NCBI GenBank assembly: GCA_004764695.1
Contig: SMSO01000016.1
Span: 48,494 to 71,748, forward strand
DNA: 23,255 nt
Source of the DNA: Schizochytrium sp. TIO01
Taxonomy: Eukaryota > Protista > Bigyra: Labyrinthulomycetes
Direction of reading: 5' to 3'
Shown: positions 20,946 through 23,255 of the stretch, piece after piece
How the letters are laid out: each line of letters opens with the position of its first letter
Numbering within the stretch: position 1 is the first letter of the stretch
Translations under genes and position numbers: made by a program
Notes under the pieces: model-generated
The model's database searches: none
Told to the model about the DNA's origin: nothing
What the model saw: the letters and a program-made list of their open reading frames with translations, nothing else

Positions 20946-21340
20946 TGTTCTTTTCTAAACTAAATTCATTTATTATAAATAAAGGTACTCGTAAAGTGGC
21001 AAAAAAAAATCTTGCTAAAACATGCTTGCTTTTTTTGAAAAGTTCAGTTTCAAATTCTGAAAAACTTATTAGTTTTTCTAGTTTTATGAAAAAAAGTTTT
21101 GATAAAGCCTCTTTGCCGCTAGCTCAAAAAAGGCTTCTTCATAAACGTAATGCAGTTGTTATTATACCCCTTTCAAAATCAAAACAAATGTTGAAAAGTA
21201 TATCTTCTTTTGTTCGTTCTGCCCAAAAAGCTTCTTTTTCTCAAGTATTTTTTAAAGAAATTATATCTAGTCAATCAAATCAAGGGAGTGTATTTATAAA
21301 AAAAATTACTTCTTTGAAATCTATTGAAAAAGCTCGTTAA
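20945..21340 (+). CDS. rps7: ribosomal protein S7 (divergent)
   Basis: Basic 131-aa ORF. KLNSFI(M)NKGTRKVA resembles S7 FINxLMxxGKKSxA, and the C-terminal EII...GS...KK pattern fits. Adjacent to rps12. Confidence 0.72.
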   Translation: MFFSKLNSFIINKGTRKVAKKNLAKTCLLFLKSSVSNSEKLISFSSFMKKSFDKASLPLAQKRLLHKRNAVVIIPLSKSKQMLKSISSFVRSAQKASFSQVFFKEIISSQSNQGSVFIKKITSLKSIEKAR

Positions 21341-21347
21341 TAAATAA

Positions 21348-21710
21348 ATGTCCACTCTTTTGCAATCTATAAAACGTAAAAAAAGTAGTTTCATTAAAAA
21401 AGAAACTGCTTTGAAAAAAGCACCCCAAGCAAGTGGTGTTTGTTTGAAAGTTTTTACTATGTCTCCAAAAAAGCCTAACTCTGCTGTACGTAAAGTAGCC
21501 AAAGTGCTTTTGAGTAATAAAAACATTATTTCTGCGTATATTCCAGGCGAAGGACATAACCTTCAAGAACATTCTAGCGTATTGGTTCGTGGAGGTCGTG
21601 TTAAGGATCTACCTGGAGTTCGTTATAAAATTGTACGTGGGGCTAAAGATACTGCCGGTGTTATAAAACGAAAAACATCGCGTTCTAAATATGGAGCCCC
21701 TAAACAATTA
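21348..21710 (+). CDS. rps12: ribosomal protein S12 (120 aa, TTA stop)
   Basis: [43 protein letters not shown], then TTA (21708-21710) 1 nt before trnD. Confidence 0.98.
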
Positions 21711-21711
21711 T

Positions 21712-21785
21712 GGAGGAATAGCTCAGTTGGTTAGAGCGTAAGCTTGTCGAGCTTAATGTCGCGAGTTCAAATCTCGTTTCTTCCG
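21712..21785 (+). tRNA. trnD: tRNA-Asp(GUC)
   Basis: GGAGGAA/TTCTTCC acceptor with G73; TAAGC-TTGTCGA-GCTTA anticodon arm. Confidence 0.92.
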
Positions 21786-21799
21786 TTTCTTTTTATTAA

Positions 21800-22162
21800 A
21801 TGACTTTTTTGCTTTTTGAATATTCTTTTATTCTTATTTTTTGCATAGTTGCTGCAATCCTTTCTTTTGTTATTTTTATAGCTTCTTTTTTGTTGGCTAC
21901 TCAAAATAATTACGCTGAAAAAGTTTCTCCATATGAATGTGGATTTGATCCTTTTGAAGATGCGCGTAATCAATTTGATGTCCGTTTTTATTTGGTTGCT
22001 ATCCTTTTTCTTATTTTTGATTTGGAAGCTAGTTTTTTGTTTCCTTGGTCTATTATAGTGGGTAAACTGGGATCTTTTAGTTTTTGGATTATAATCGATT
22101 TCTTTGTTGAATTGGTTATCGGTTTTCTTTATGCCTGGAAAGTAGGTGCTCTTGAATGGTAA
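21800..22162 (+). CDS. nad3: NADH dehydrogenase subunit 3
   Basis: [33 protein letters not shown]. Confidence 0.98.
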   Translation: MTFLLFEYSFILIFCIVAAILSFVIFIASFLLATQNNYAEKVSPYECGFDPFEDARNQFDVRFYLVAILFLIFDLEASFLFPWSIIVGKLGSFSFWIIIDFFVELVIGFLYAWKVGALEW

Positions 22163-22178
22163 TTCCTTAATCAGGATT

Positions 22179-22251
22179 TGCGGGGTAGAGTAATGGTTAT
22201 CTCATTAGGCTCATAACCTAAAGATTGGAGGTTCAAATCCTCCCCCCGCCT
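22179..22251 (+). tRNA. trnM: initiator tRNA-fMet(CAU)
   Basis: TGCGGGG/CCCCGCC acceptor with a 1:72 mismatch, A11:U24, and TTAGG-CTCATAA-CCTAA anticodon arm. Confidence 0.92.
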
Positions 22252-22272
22252 TTATTAAAAATTTTAAAATAA

Positions 22273-22500
<228 letters not shown>

Positions 22501-22528
22501 GTTATCGCTTTCTTATTTGAAAGCTTTT

Positions 22529-22610
22529 GCTGCTTTGGTGGAATTGGTAGACACGGTGGATTTAGGTTCCATTTAATTTATTAGTGCAAGTTCAAGTCTT
22601 GCAAGCAGTA
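22529..22610 (+). tRNA. trnL: tRNA-Leu(UAG)
   Basis: GCTGCTT/AAGCAGT acceptor; GTGGA-TTTAGGT-TCCAT anticodon arm; 13-nt variable region. Confidence 0.94.
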
Positions 22611-22612
22611 TT

Positions 22613-22684
22613 GGGAATGTAGATCAATGGTAGATCATTTGCTTTGCAAGCAAAATGTTGTTGGTTCAAATCCAATCATTTCCA
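22613..22684 (+). tRNA. trnA: tRNA-Ala(UGC)
   Basis: GGGAATG/CATTTCC acceptor with G3:U70; TTTGC-TTTGCAA-GCAAA anticodon arm. Confidence 0.94.
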
Positions 22685-22697
22685 AAATAATCTTTAT

Positions 22698-22970
22698 ATG
22701 AAAAGTTCTCTAAGTAAAAATCGTAAGTATAAACTAGATTCTATTTTTAACCCTACCGTTTTTAATTCTTTTGATACAATGGCTAGTTTTTATACTCCTT
22801 TCTCTAAAAAAGTAGTCGTAGAAAAAAATATAAAAACAAAATTGAATAATCGCTGCTTTCTAACAGGGCGTTCCCGTTTTGTTTTTAGGTTTTTTAAAAT
22901 TTCTAGGATAAGTATTCGACGAGTATTGCTTCAATATCGTGTTTCTGGTTTGTCGTCTTATTCTTGGTAA
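22698..22970 (+). CDS. rps14: ribosomal protein S14 (90 aa)
   Basis: NRCFLTGRSR, FKISR, and terminal GLSSYSW. First ATG after trnA. Confidence 0.92.
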   Translation: MKSSLSKNRKYKLDSIFNPTVFNSFDTMASFYTPFSKKVVVEKNIKTKLNNRCFLTGRSRFVFRFFKISRISIRRVLLQYRVSGLSSYSW

Positions 22971-22978
22971 TTATTTTT

Positions 22979-23053
22979 GCCCCTATGGTGGAATTGGTAG
23001 ACGCGGTAGATTCAAAATCTATTTTTTTGCTGGTTCAAATCCAGCTAGGGGTA
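22979..23053 (+). tRNA. trnL: tRNA-Leu(CAA) with very short variable region
   Basis: GCCCCTA/TAGGGGT acceptor; Leu-type D arm GGTGGAATTGGTAGACG; GTAGA-TTCAAAA-TCTAT anticodon arm. Confidence 0.92.
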
Positions 23054-23068
23054 ATCCATTTTTATTTT

Positions 23069-23255
23069 ATGCTATATCCTCAAATAACTCTAAATGTTCT
23101 TGATAATAGTGGAGTTCGTGAAGTTCGTTGTGTTCATATTAAAAATAAACGTTATGCTAATAATGGGGTAGTGGGATCCGTATTTGTGGGGTTGTTCAAG
23201 CAATGAAAAATCAAACAAATAAACAACAAAAATTTAAAAAGGGTCAACTAGTGGC
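23069..23255 (+). CDS. rpl14: ribosomal protein L14, 5' part (partial; apparent frameshift at 23188-23191)
   Basis: TLNVLDNSGVREVRCV is the L14 N-terminal motif. KFKKGQLVA continues in the -1 frame after a G4 run. Confidence 0.88.

Noticed and set aside
22613-22684. tRNA-Cys(GCA) reading of the TTTGCAA loop
   Set aside because: The 7-nt loop register gives UGC, and the acceptor has G3:U70, so it is tRNA-Ala.

Overview
Compact, intron-free, AT-rich protist mitochondrial DNA with every gene on the + strand. Gene order: rps19 (3' end), rps3, rpl16, nad7, trnG, rnl, rns, candidate rrn5, trnS/Q/H, rpl6, rps2, rps4, rps8, nad2, trnF, rps10, trnE, cox3, atp6, trnN, cox2, tatA, trnW, cox1, nad4, N-terminal nad11, nad1, nad4L, trnI/V, nad9, cob, trnM/P, nad6, rps7, rps12, trnD, nad3, trnfM, atp9, trnL/A, rps14, trnL(CAA), rpl14 (5' part). 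The genetic code is non-standard. TTA is a stop codon (11 of 27 gene ends) and ATA occupies conserved Met positions. TAG and AGA appear unused. This combination is known from Labyrinthulea (thraustochytrids and relatives, Stramenopiles), so several ORF-track boundaries are wrong; corrected ones are given here. The most unexplained signal is a pair of 46-51 nt tRNA-like minihelices (acceptor stem + T arm, no D or anticodon arm). They sit where real tRNAs punctuate the transcript, 12-13 nt before start codons. Small hairpins also recur at mRNA 3' ends. Together these suggest a tRNA-punctuation processing system that uses dedicated tRNA mimics. All counts and coordinates were read by eye.
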